Shown one piece after another: positions 10,248 to 19,792 of a DNA stretch of 64,000 nucleotides (position 1 is the stretch's first letter; each line of letters starts with the position of its first letter). The translations under genes and the position numbers were made by a program. The stretch is taken from the IMG/VR virus record IMGVR_UViG_3300021599_000885; one strand, written 5' to 3'. Under the pieces are notes generated by a model, which worked only from the letters and a program-made list of their open reading frames with translations, was not told the origin of the DNA and did not search any database. The stretch is from a virus.

Positions 10248-11899
10248 TAATAATATTCCCACATATAAGATCTATCACCATACTCATCGGTATGCCATCT
10301 ATCTCCATCACTATCAACAAAAGTGCTTTCATCCAAACCATCCAATATAAATCCAAATGGAGCCATATCTTGTTCTATTTGATTTTTTTGCTCTTCATAA
10401 ATTCTTTTACGAATATCATTATCGGTCATCTCTTTGAAGTATTCTTGTGCTACCAACCAAGAAAATATAACCAAGCACATCGCTAGGTCATCATTACATC
10501 CTTCCTCTGCCTCAAAGGAATTATGTCTTTGAGCAAATGTTGTAAGTTCCGATATAATATCGTAATCTACAGTCAATAACTTATCATCCTCCATAAGAGT
10601 TTTTAGGTTAGAGCAACCCAACTTCTTCACTGCTGCAGTCATTCTTACACCCATCTGCGATTTCTTACCAGAGAAACCATGCCCGATAACTTGTCCGGCA
10701 CGACCTCTCATTGCAGCCATAAGCATATTTTCATATTCTAAATCATAGTGTAAAATATTAGCAACTTGTTCCCCAATATCATTAACCTCGATAAGTAACC
10801 AAGCATTATTATATCCCTTAGCAACATCGATAATAACACTTGGAAATAACATTGGTTTTATTTCATTATTTCTATACTTCGCCACTACCTTATATGGAAA
10901 CTGTGTGATATCAAAAATAATAAATGCAGAGTAATCATTTCCAAGACCACGAGCAACGTCTACGGTGATTAAATAATTGTGCTCTTCCCGTGGTTTTTCA
11001 TAAACGTCTAATCCGGCATTCCTTTTTATTGGATTTTCATAAACAAGATTTCTAAGTTTTGATGGGTTGATGAGAGTGTTGACTGATCCTAAGAATTCAC
11101 ACTCAAACTCAACCTTGAATTGTTGTTCTGAGGTGTTAGCAATAGTTTGCTCTTTCCATGCATCATCTCTACCGGGAACTTCTGACCAGTGAACATCAGT
11201 GGGAACATATTCATTTTTATTTCTTTCCGCATCATGCCACATGCGGTAGAAATGGTTCATACCCCTAGGGGTAGAAACAATAATTACCTTTGTGCTCTGT
11301 CCAGAAGAAATAGTAGGATAAACAGAGGCAAAGAAGTCATCAGCAATGTGATTTGGGATGAACGCGAACTCGTCGAGAAAGATGACATTATAGGATCCGC
11401 CTCGGACAGCAGATGACGAAGTAGAGTTAGACGAAATTTTGGAGCCATTTTCTAATTCTAAAGATCCTTTATTCCATGATATAATACCCTGCTGCATCCA
11501 CTTCGGCAAGTTTTCATAAGCAAGTTGTAATCTTCCTAGAAGATCTCTAGCAGTAGATGCTTTGTTGGCTAGAATAGCTATATTAACATTGTCGTTGAAA
11601 ACAGCATAATGTAACAAATATGAAACACAAGTCGTAGATTTACCCGTCTGACGGGGCATTTTACAGATATTAAATCTATTTTTGTGGAAATTACTAATCA
11701 GTTTCTCTTGGAATGGGTACATCTCAAAAGGCACCAGACCATGATCAAGCGACACGATCTTGATATAATTTCTAGCAAAATAAACTGGATCTTCTTTACA
11801 CTTTAAGAACTCAATAATTCTATCTTCAGTCCATTCAATGGGAGTATTAGCTTTTTTGAGCAGAGGATTGCCCAAATAAACATCACTAGACATATTCAT
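10247..11899 (-). CDS. g17: Terminase large subunit gp17
   Basis: PRQTGKST Walker A, IFLDEFAF Walker B, VIIVSTPRG, nuclease DVARG and DDLAM motifs. Confidence 0.99.
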   Translation of the reverse strand: MNMSSDVYLGNPLLKKANTPIEWTEDRIIEFLKCKEDPVYFARNYIKIVSLDHGLVPFEMYPFQEKLISNFHKNRFNICKMPRQTGKSTTCVSYLLHYAVFNDNVNIAILANKASTARDLLGRLQLAYENLPKWMQQGIISWNKGSLELENGSKISSNSTSSSAVRGGSYNVIFLDEFAFIPNHIADDFFASVYPTISSGQSTKVIIVSTPRGMNHFYRMWHDAERNKNEYVPTDVHWSEVPGRDDAWKEQTIANTSEQQFKVEFECEFLGSVNTLINPSKLRNLVYENPIKRNAGLDVYEKPREEHNYLITVDVARGLGNDYSAFIIFDITQFPYKVVAKYRNNEIKPMLFPSVIIDVAKGYNNAWLLIEVNDIGEQVANILHYDLEYENMLMAAMRGRAGQVIGHGFSGKKSQMGVRMTAAVKKLGCSNLKTLMEDDKLLTVDYDIISELTTFAQRHNSFEAEEGCNDDLAMCLVIFSWLVAQEYFKEMTDNDIRKRIYEEQKNQIEQDMAPFGFILDGLDESTFVDSDGDRWHTDEYGDRSYMWEYY

Positions 11900-12371
11900 A
11901 CCCCCTTTCTGGACCCCAATGTTTCATTCTGTAAGATAATCCCTGTATCGTTATACCTACATCATCTGCTGCCTCTTGTTGAGAAATATATATTTTTCCA
12001 TTTATAGAAACTTTTTTGCTATTGGGGTGCTTCTCTCCACCCTCATACTTATGGCCAAAAGAGCGACCTTTCAGTGCCTCGCTTTTCTTTCTACAAGTTT
12101 CTTTACTATGCTTCCTACCAATATTTTTTTGAGTTGCCTTATTTAAATTTTCCATAAACCAAGCATCATTGTGCCACCCACACTTATGTATCTCTCTACT
12201 ACAAACATATAAATGCTCTGGTATATCTTTTCCACCTTCACATCTTGGTGGGAAATGATGAACATCCATACCTCTCATCTGTTCCCAAGTTAATCCCCAA
12301 TTTTTTCGAGCAATATTTCTTACTGTTTTAGGACTTAACCTTTCCCTTGGAACTTTAATAATAGCAGACAC
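11886..12371 (-). mobile_element. Free-standing HNH homing endonuclease with NUMOD3-like DNA-binding repeats
   Basis: DVHHFPPRCEGGKDIPEHL...H HNH-like core, GRKHSKETCRKKSEALKG (NUMOD3-like) and a C-terminal YISQQEAADDVGI helix-turn-helix; own late promoter at 12393-12400. Confidence 0.85.
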
Positions 12372-12395
12372 ATTTCAATCCCAATCTAAAAATAT

Positions 12396-12432
12396 TTATA
12401 CAAGATAGACTTCACTCATAACGAAACTCCTT
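12396..12432 (-). pseudogene. Stranded original 5' end of g17 (SD plus MSEVYLV*)
   Basis: AAGGAG-7 nt-ATG AGT GAA GTC TAT CTT GTA TAA; resembles the current gp17 start SSDVYLGNP. Confidence 0.75.
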
Positions 12433-12433
12433 T

Positions 12434-14017
12434 TTAATCTTCTACATAAATGAACGAAGCACTAGCAGCAGTAATATTAGATGTTGATGAAATTACTGCG
12501 GTTATAAAACTATTTGGTGGAACATGAAGTCCAATTTCAGATAAATCAACATCAATGGTTGAGTTATCTGATACATGAAAAGCAGCAATAGGAGGTATTG
12601 ATTGTGCTGCTAATGTAAATAATCCAGTGCTATCTTGAGTTGCATAAAGTGATGCATTAAAATCACTTTGAGTAGTCCATCTCAAATAATTTGTAAGAAC
12701 TGGGTTCCAATATATGCGAATAACTGCTGGGTCTCCTGTTGTATTTACTGATGCAGTAAGTCTTCTAGGAAGTAAATCTCTTGTATTAATCTTACCTTGA
12801 TAAACAAGTTTATTTTTAAGAGAAATGAGATGATATAAAGAACCAGGAGTGTTCATACTATCATTTCTGGTTGTAGTCACTGAATATGGAAGTTTTGTTC
12901 TTTCAACAATACCTTCAATCGCACCAAGGAAAGAAGAACCTCTACAAGTAACAACACCTACACCACCACCTAGATTTGCAGCAACATATCCAATCTTCAT
13001 TGATGGATTGTCTAGGTGTGGTAGTTGGTTTCTATTTGAATAATGTTCGTGATGGAAGAAAATCATATCCCCATTTAGAGGATTTTCAATCGCATATCTA
13101 ATCTCACCAGAACCTAACCAACGGAAGTTGATTTGATATACATTTAACTTAGATGGGTCTAGAGTAATACCAGAATATCCAGTTCCATCAAGTTTATCTA
13201 AATTAAAATCTTCTTGGAAAGTCCAGTTTTCTGTTTGTACTACCCCTGCCTGTCTTAATAATGCATTAAAAGATATTGTTGCGGTGCTTGTAATATCAAA
13301 AGTTCCAGTTTGAGGTCCAAGAGATGTTGCTAAAAATCTTAATCTTGATTGGTCATATTCAACCAAATACAAAGCATTAAAGAGTGCTTGTGCTCTTAAT
13401 CCTTGTGCGAGTTGAGAAAGATTTCCTGCAAGTGTTCCTGAATTTACTGTTACCGCAGTAAAAGAAGTTCCATTCAGAGTGACTGTTACATTTCCATTAT
13501 CAAGTGTGGTGAAGTCATAACCCTGAATTCTTGCTTTACCACCATTTGCACGAAGAACACCAAACTTCCCATTGGTGTGTGCATATCCAATTTGAATTGC
13601 TTGTTCTTGATTGAATAGTCCTGCTCTTTGTGTAAATCCTACTGGGTTATTTGAGAACGAACCAGTAAATCTGCAAACAACACCTTGTCCTGGACGGTAT
13701 CTAATAAAGTTCGTACTTCTGATTACACCATAAGAATTTGCAGAAGAACCAGCACCAACTATAAATGTAGAGTTTGCATGAGTAGCAATTCCTGTTGCAC
13801 TGAATGTATATGTCTCAAACTCTCTTGGGTCTAATCCATAGACAGCATCTGCCTGAATTTTTGGTGTAATTGGGACTGCAATATTCTCACCAAAAGCAGA
13901 TTTAGAACAAGCACCTTCATTTAGAATATTTCCATACTCATCAGCACGGAGATAAACTTCGTGAAGTGTTCTTTCTTGATTTAAGTAGTCTTGTGTAGAC
14001 TTATTCCACTGAGCCAT
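12434..14017 (-). CDS. Hypothetical beta-rich protein, probably virion-associated
   Basis: 527 aa, Thr/Ser/Gly-rich, within the late operon between g16 and g17. Confidence 0.6.
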   Translation of the reverse strand: MAQWNKSTQDYLNQERTLHEVYLRADEYGNILNEGACSKSAFGENIAVPITPKIQADAVYGLDPREFETYTFSATGIATHANSTFIVGAGSSANSYGVIRSTNFIRYRPGQGVVCRFTGSFSNNPVGFTQRAGLFNQEQAIQIGYAHTNGKFGVLRANGGKARIQGYDFTTLDNGNVTVTLNGTSFTAVTVNSGTLAGNLSQLAQGLRAQALFNALYLVEYDQSRLRFLATSLGPQTGTFDITSTATISFNALLRQAGVVQTENWTFQEDFNLDKLDGTGYSGITLDPSKLNVYQINFRWLGSGEIRYAIENPLNGDMIFFHHEHYSNRNQLPHLDNPSMKIGYVAANLGGGVGVVTCRGSSFLGAIEGIVERTKLPYSVTTTRNDSMNTPGSLYHLISLKNKLVYQGKINTRDLLPRRLTASVNTTGDPAVIRIYWNPVLTNYLRWTTQSDFNASLYATQDSTGLFTLAAQSIPPIAAFHVSDNSTIDVDLSEIGLHVPPNSFITAVISSTSNITAASASFIYVED

Positions 14018-14337
14018 TATTCACTCCACGATAATCTTTCTGGTTGATACCTCTGAGAACTCTTAATTTTTAAAGAACTTTGAGATTGTGATGGATAGAT
14101 ATTGTGAACAATCGCACCAGGATATTCTCCTTGAAGTTGTTCAGCGAGAGCGTTCTTATCCATCATAGAACCTTCAACCTCAAGACGATACATCTTTCCT
14201 TCCCAAACTACATCAGCAAAGAAAGACTCACTTGCGGTCTCTGGTTCTTGTGAACCACCTACATTTAAAGTTCCATTAAAATCACCATTGATGGTGATGC
14301 TTTCTTGTAAAAACTGTTGAAAACTTTTCATTAGCAT
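14017..14337 (-). CDS. Putative internal head protein with a capsid-targeting-like N-terminus
   Basis: MKSFQQFLQE resembles the T4 internal-protein capsid targeting sequence (IPIII MKTYQEFIAE). Confidence 0.6.
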   Translation of the reverse strand: MLMKSFQQFLQESITINGDFNGTLNVGGSQEPETASESFFADVVWEGKMYRLEVEGSMMDKNALAEQLQGEYPGAIVHNIYPSQSQSSLKIKSSQRYQPERLSWSE

Positions 14338-16034
14338 TTCCAGCGACGACGGGCTTTACAAATTGCTTTATCTGGGTCTTTTGAGCAATCAATGTTATGC
14401 ATGTCTTGCTGACCCTTAGAGCGAGCGCAGAAGGACTTTCTACGCTTTGATCTTCCTGGTCCAGGATCTTTCTCAGTTACGGCAGTCTTTAGTTTAGAAC
14501 CAGGATTCTCACGACGATAAGCATTAACTGCTTTCTGACTCATACCATCAGTTTTGTCTGACTTATTTACTTTCTGCCAATCTTCTTCCAGTTCTTCTCT
14601 CCAGTTAGAGTATCCTTCTTTTACACAGTTGGGAACCATTTTCCCACCCTTCTTTTTCATACCAACTTGCTTGTAACCATCCCAGCAAGGATCTTCTTTT
14701 GCTTCGGCAAAAGCATCTGTAGAAACACCATCAGCATAAGATGATTGACTTGGAGTTGCTCTCTTAAATCTAGGTTTTCTGCTTAGATTAGAGGGGAGTT
14801 GATTGTCTCCTACTTTTTTACCTAATGGATATTTTGGATCATATGCACTTTGCTCACTAACAAGAGGTTCTGGTTTAATCAGATCAATTGTTTCAATTTC
14901 AAGTGCCTTGAAGTCATCTCTCCAGTTGGAAAACTCATATCCCTCTTTTTTAGTTCCCCAGTTATCAGCACCAACTTTACGGCACTTAACTAATGCACCA
15001 GATGCATATGCACTTGGCCAAACGTCATATCTTGCCTTTACTTTCTTATAGCAAGCATCTTTTTTCTCATCAATCAATTGACCCTTAACTTCTGTCTCTT
15101 GTCTGAGTAACTTTAATGCTTCACGAGTAGCATCGTTGTGTCGTTGCATACCATATGAAGCATGACCAATACCAGTTCCAGGCTGAATTTTTTCACCTTT
15201 CTTAGCAGCTTCTACACCAGATTTCGAAGCCTGTTGTGCTCTACGAATTGCAGCAAGTCCAAGAGCACCAGCACCAAGAGCAAGACCACCAGCAACTAAA
15301 GGAGCAAGTTCATCAAGTTGCTCACCTTTTGGTTCAAAGTGTTGTGCTAGTTTTAGTTTACTATCACTAGGAAGTTCTAAAACATCTTCAGGTCTACCAC
15401 CAACTCCACCAGCAAGTTTTTTATTATCTCTAAACATTCTCCTAAGTGCATCAGCTCCACTTTCTCCGGGAAGAAGTTTAACTTGTTCTCTCACTATCTT
15501 TGCTTTACCCTTTCTATTTGGGTTTGGATCTTCTTTACGCTTCTTCTTTGCTCTCTTCTCTCTTTCATCCTTACTCATTGCTGCACGATCATCAGCATCG
15601 CGGCAGAATGGTTTGGTTTTTTGTCCTGGTTGTTTGGCACAAGGTTTTCCATCATACTTACCACCTGCCTGAACCCATCCACCACCAGAAAACCAGTCAC
15701 GGAGTGAGTAGTCTTTATCTTTAGCGGACTTGCCATCACGCTTACCTTCTTCCATATAAGAAGCAGCAGCATCTGTGTTGTGCTCCGTATCAGTCAACTT
15801 TGCTTGAACCCAAGCAGGAAGGTTATCTGCGTCAGTTTTCTTTGCAAGAACTCTTGCTACTTTTTGTAGATTATCAATAGACTTTTTGACCTGAGTCTTA
15901 GCCATTGAGACTTCATGGTCTTTTTCTTTTGCTTCATTCATTTTCTTTTTACGTCCCTGACAATGAGCACGCTGAGAAAACCCTTTTGGGTTGTCGCAAT
16001 CAATCGATTTTTTATATTTCTCAGACCAACCCAT
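14331..16034 (-). CDS. Modular basic protein, possibly a gp21-processed polyprotein
   Basis: 567 aa of Lys/Arg-rich, often Cys-paired modules separated by hydrophobic-x-E sites. Confidence 0.75.
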   Translation of the reverse strand: MGWSEKYKKSIDCDNPKGFSQRAHCQGRKKKMNEAKEKDHEVSMAKTQVKKSIDNLQKVARVLAKKTDADNLPAWVQAKLTDTEHNTDAAASYMEEGKRDGKSAKDKDYSLRDWFSGGGWVQAGGKYDGKPCAKQPGQKTKPFCRDADDRAAMSKDEREKRAKKKRKEDPNPNRKGKAKIVREQVKLLPGESGADALRRMFRDNKKLAGGVGGRPEDVLELPSDSKLKLAQHFEPKGEQLDELAPLVAGGLALGAGALGLAAIRRAQQASKSGVEAAKKGEKIQPGTGIGHASYGMQRHNDATREALKLLRQETEVKGQLIDEKKDACYKKVKARYDVWPSAYASGALVKCRKVGADNWGTKKEGYEFSNWRDDFKALEIETIDLIKPEPLVSEQSAYDPKYPLGKKVGDNQLPSNLSRKPRFKRATPSQSSYADGVSTDAFAEAKEDPCWDGYKQVGMKKKGGKMVPNCVKEGYSNWREELEEDWQKVNKSDKTDGMSQKAVNAYRRENPGSKLKTAVTEKDPGPGRSKRRKSFCARSKGQQDMHNIDCSKDPDKAICKARRRWKC

Positions 16035-16048
16035 TTTCAGGTTATAAA

Positions 16049-16471
16049 CTATTCCTTATTATTTAGAAAACCTTGCTTGAGTAGTTTTTGAAGTTCTGAT
16101 GTTGATCCAACAAAAACTGCATTGTTAGTTACTGTATTTGGACCCTTATTGTTACCAACATCTTCTTCAACATCTTTAAGTTTTTTCTGAAGATCTATTA
16201 GTTTATCAGTTGTATCCGCAACACTTTTAATTAACTGACCCGCAACTTCATATGCTCTTGGACTCCCCCCTTCACCGGCAAGTTCCATGATTCCATTGAT
16301 TGCTTCTTGTCCCTTTTCTATAAGTGAATATAGATTTGCTCTCGTATATTCATAATCTTTTTTAATATCAGTTTTCTGTTCGGGTTTTTGAATACTTTTG
16401 GGAGTATCATCAACCTCAACAATACTACTCTCAACATTTAGAGCATCGTCAATAGAATCAAATTCAGACAT
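16049..16471 (-). CDS. g16: Terminase small subunit gp16
   Basis: DYEYTRANLYSLIEKG, SPRAYEVAGQLIK, NNAVFVGSTSELQK. Confidence 0.95.
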   Translation of the reverse strand: MSEFDSIDDALNVESSIVEVDDTPKSIQKPEQKTDIKKDYEYTRANLYSLIEKGQEAINGIMELAGEGGSPRAYEVAGQLIKSVADTTDKLIDLQKKLKDVEEDVGNNKGPNTVTNNAVFVGSTSELQKLLKQGFLNNKE

Positions 16472-16477
16472 AAGTTA

Positions 16478-17278
16478 TTAAATATCAGTTTGTTGTGTTG
16501 GACTGTAAGACTTAGAATCTCCAAAATATTCCCAAGTTTCTGTGAATCCAAAGTCGTCGCCAGGATCTGCGTTTATTGGATCTGGAACTGCTGTATATCT
16601 AACTTCTCTCTTCGCAGTTTGTGTATTTGTATCTGAGTACATATCAACAATAACCTTACGAATGAGACCTTCTGGATTATCAGCAACAGGACCGAATAGA
16701 TAAGTTTTAGCGGTAAACTGTAAAGTATATATTAATGCTCTTCTTGTGGAGAAGTCTCCTTCATAGTCATCTTGCATTCCAACGCTGTTTAGAACTACTG
16801 GAATATCTCTTTTTTCTCCAATTGAGTCTACTAAGTCTATGGTTAAATTAAACGATGGTTGGAAGTAAGGTAAAATTTGCTCAACAATTTGTAAAGCATC
16901 ATCATTCAACTTACAAAAAATACTCAGTTCAAATCCAATGTTATATGGAACAGGCATAAAAACCTTTTTCATTCGATCATTATCATCGACCGCTCTAAAA
17001 GTCTGAGTTATACCAGTTTTTCTTGAGGCATCATATTCAATAGAAGTCATTTCAAACGACATTCTTGGTAAAGTAATTTGAACTGGTTTGTCCAGGTTTG
17101 CTTGCTGCTCAAGTCTTGCTAGAAACTTTTGAGAAGGACCATAAGCTAGAGGAACACTTACAACACTATTGATATTTCCACTGCCATCTTTGTGTTTAAT
17201 ATCAATTTGGTTAAATAGAGTTCCAAATGCTATAATAGTTTTACGAATTATTTCGTGATAGTAATAAGTTCCTAACAT
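16478..17278 (-). CDS. g15: Tail sheath stabiliser / completion protein gp15
   Basis: FGTLFN, VPLAYGP, LPRMSFE, QIVEQILPYFQP. Confidence 0.96.
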   Translation of the reverse strand: MLGTYYYHEIIRKTIIAFGTLFNQIDIKHKDGSGNINSVVSVPLAYGPSQKFLARLEQQANLDKPVQITLPRMSFEMTSIEYDASRKTGITQTFRAVDDNDRMKKVFMPVPYNIGFELSIFCKLNDDALQIVEQILPYFQPSFNLTIDLVDSIGEKRDIPVVLNSVGMQDDYEGDFSTRRALIYTLQFTAKTYLFGPVADNPEGLIRKVIVDMYSDTNTQTAKREVRYTAVPDPINADPGDDFGFTETWEYFGDSKSYSPTQQTDI

Positions 17279-18657
17279 TAGTAAGTACCGAATGGATTAG
17301 ACTGTGAAAAGTCCAAAATGAGATCTGCTGCTGCTTCAATTTCTTCATTTTGTCTATATTTATCTGTCTCTGTATTCGCCACAGAAACTCTAGTTTCATA
17401 AACAGCACCAGATTTTGATCCAGTAATTGTTTCACCCGGATAGAACGAACCAGTTACAATACCAACTCTTAGAATATTGGTATCTGTATCCCAGTTTTTA
17501 ACTCTTGCTGTAGATCCAGATCTCGATCCAGTTACAAGTTCGTTGAACCAGAATGTTCCAATACCAGTCGTCGCGGCAGCTGCAACTGTTACTGTTGGTG
17601 CAGAGAAGAATCCTGCTCCAGCATCTGTAATATAAATTGCACTGACAGTTCCAGCAGCACTTACAATAGAAGTTGCAGCTGCTGGTAGATTTGGCGACAG
17701 TGATGGTAGTGAGAAAGAAACCGATGGCGCAGTAGAGTAACCAGCTCCACCATCGTTAACAACAACATTAACAACACCTTTTCTATCGGTAATGATTCCA
17801 CAAGTAGCAGCTGCACCAGTTCCACCACCACCAGTAATAGTGATAGTTGGTGCTACAGTGTACCCAGTACCAGCATGAGTAATAAGAATTTCTTTAATAG
17901 AAGTTATACTATTTCTAGTTGTTGTAATAGCAACTGCTTGAGCGTTGGTTCCTCCGGAAGGTGCCGTTGTAATTGCAACTGTTGGTGTTCCTGTAAATCC
18001 AGATCCATCGTTGTTGAGGAAAATTTGTCTTATATAACCAGTCCCAATACTGGCAGTTGCTGTTGCTCTTGTTCCACTGGAATACATTGATAGATCAATA
18101 ATGTTTCCAATATCCTCAAGAACTTCATCTATTTCGTCGATAGAAGTATCTAGAACTTCATCCTCATATTCGAAGAGTTCACATTGAAGTTCATAAACAT
18201 AATTTTTTCCCAGTTGATAGAAAGGTTTTTCATGCTCAACAAACTTTACTTCAAACAATCTCTTTCCAAGTGGGAAGTATACTAAATCACCTTCTCTTGG
18301 TCTATCAAAAACAGTAATTTCTGTATCATCTTCACCGTCCAAAAATGGCGAGATGAAATCCTCAAATCTTTCTTTTGAGATTACTAATGATACTTCATCC
18401 CTAACACTAACACCAAACTTGGTCATAATATCTCCAGCACCACTATAACCATCATAGTTATTGAGATATGCTTCTAATAAAAAATTATCGTCAAAAACGG
18501 ATGATTGTATCTCTTCAATGATAGTTTGTTTTCTTACAAACTTTCTTGGAATATAAGTTACTTCGATACCATATATTTTGAGTTGTTCATTGATCAACTC
18601 TTGTATTAATCTTTGTTCTCCAGAAGAACCTTGTAAGAAAAAGGGATTAAGTGCCAT
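17278..18657 (-). CDS. g14: Neck protein gp14 with inserted Gly/Thr-rich repeats
   Basis: MALNPFF, RPREGDLVYFP, EHEKPFYQLGK; C-terminal NPFG. Confidence 0.93.
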   Translation of the reverse strand: MALNPFFLQGSSGEQRLIQELINEQLKIYGIEVTYIPRKFVRKQTIIEEIQSSVFDDNFLLEAYLNNYDGYSGAGDIMTKFGVSVRDEVSLVISKERFEDFISPFLDGEDDTEITVFDRPREGDLVYFPLGKRLFEVKFVEHEKPFYQLGKNYVYELQCELFEYEDEVLDTSIDEIDEVLEDIGNIIDLSMYSSGTRATATASIGTGYIRQIFLNNDGSGFTGTPTVAITTAPSGGTNAQAVAITTTRNSITSIKEILITHAGTGYTVAPTITITGGGGTGAAATCGIITDRKGVVNVVVNDGGAGYSTAPSVSFSLPSLSPNLPAAATSIVSAAGTVSAIYITDAGAGFFSAPTVTVAAAATTGIGTFWFNELVTGSRSGSTARVKNWDTDTNILRVGIVTGSFYPGETITGSKSGAVYETRVSVANTETDKYRQNEEIEAAADLILDFSQSNPFGTY

Positions 18658-19514
18658 TATCCAATAAAATCGAGAGGTGGTAGTTCATAATCCATAGACA
18701 TACGAGATTGAATCTCTGCAAGTTCTCTTTCAGCATCATCATATAATTGTCTACCATTAAGTTCAATTCCACCAGGAAGTTTTACACCATTGAACTTGAT
18801 TAAGTTTTGACCCCACTGGCGTTTAATAAGAGCAGTTAGGTATCTCTTTAAGAAACTATCATTATAAACACCAGTATATGAATCTGGATCTAATATTCTA
18901 TGGCAGTCAATAATAATATAGTCATTTTCACTCATACTCTTCCAATCAATATCCAGATACAATCTATCTTGTCTCTTATTGTATCTAATTTGTTTATCTG
19001 GAGTTAAAAGGAAGTCAATATCCTCCAAATAAGTTTTCGTCATTGCATATTGCAATAGTTCAACCGAATTGAAGTAGTAGAGATCATTCAAAAACAGTTG
19101 ATATTTGATACTAAACATTCCACCAGAAATAGAACTAGTATCAAACTTAAAGATTTTTTCAATTCCAATAACAGAATCTGGAACCTGAATGAAATTGGAA
19201 GTTTCGTAGTAATTTGAAGTGGTTGTCCCATAACCACTGATAGTCGTTGAAGTAGCACTTGTAGTTACGATACCTGCGGTATTTGTGCTTCCAGATTCGT
19301 TTGATGCCCTTCCTCTATCTAAGTCTGCTTGAGTGAATCTATACTTCAGATACATTCTCTCAACACCATCAAAATGACGCTCTTGAAAATACTGAAGAGC
19401 ATCATCTACCAGGTCGTCAATTTGATCATCATCAACGTTGATCTCCAAAACTGGAGCGCCCAAACGTCTCAAACAATAATCGATAAGTCCTTGGCGTGTT
19501 GATGGTTTTGCCAT
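18657..19514 (-). CDS. g13: Neck protein gp13
   Basis: YCLRRLGAPVLEINV, QWGQNLIKFNGVKLPGGIELNG. Confidence 0.96.
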   Translation of the reverse strand: MAKPSTRQGLIDYCLRRLGAPVLEINVDDDQIDDLVDDALQYFQERHFDGVERMYLKYRFTQADLDRGRASNESGSTNTAGIVTTSATSTTISGYGTTTSNYYETSNFIQVPDSVIGIEKIFKFDTSSISGGMFSIKYQLFLNDLYYFNSVELLQYAMTKTYLEDIDFLLTPDKQIRYNKRQDRLYLDIDWKSMSENDYIIIDCHRILDPDSYTGVYNDSFLKRYLTALIKRQWGQNLIKFNGVKLPGGIELNGRQLYDDAERELAEIQSRMSMDYELPPLDFIG

Positions 19515-19735
19515 TAGAATTCCTCAGCAGATAAATTATCCGTCTTTTGTGTGGATTTTTTCTTCGTTTGCAATTTACTCAATTCTTCCTCTTGCTCATT
19601 CACTTTCTTTTTGAGAGCATCAATGGTTTGATTAGCAACCATAATCTTTGCTTCTAAAGCAACAGTTTGTGAAAATAAATCTGATGCTTTTTGCTGATAT
19701 ACTAAAATCATGCTTCTGTAATCAGTTTCATTCAT
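19514..19735 (-). CDS. Hypothetical coiled-coil protein
   Basis: 73-aa ORF whose stop overlaps the g13 start. Confidence 0.7.
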   Translation of the reverse strand: MNETDYRSMILVYQQKASDLFSQTVALEAKIMVANQTIDALKKKVNEQEEELSKLQTKKKSTQKTDNLSAEEF

Positions 19736-19744
19736 AATTGATAC

Positions 19745-19769
19745 AAAAAAAGGTGGGACTTGCCCACCT
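19745..19769 (-). terminator. Rho-independent terminator after the fibre gene
   Basis: AGGTGGG-CAAGT-CCCACCT-TTTTTT. Confidence 0.8.
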
Positions 19770-19792
19770 ATATTTATAATCGCTAGTTAATT

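Noticed and set aside
10247-11899. Intein in gp17 or other core genes
   Set aside because: Protein lengths are normal and no intein motifs were seen.
11872-12401. Group I intron in g17
   Set aside because: The junction bases fit, but nearly the whole insert is the HNH ORF, no P7 core is visible, and g17 has its own downstream start.
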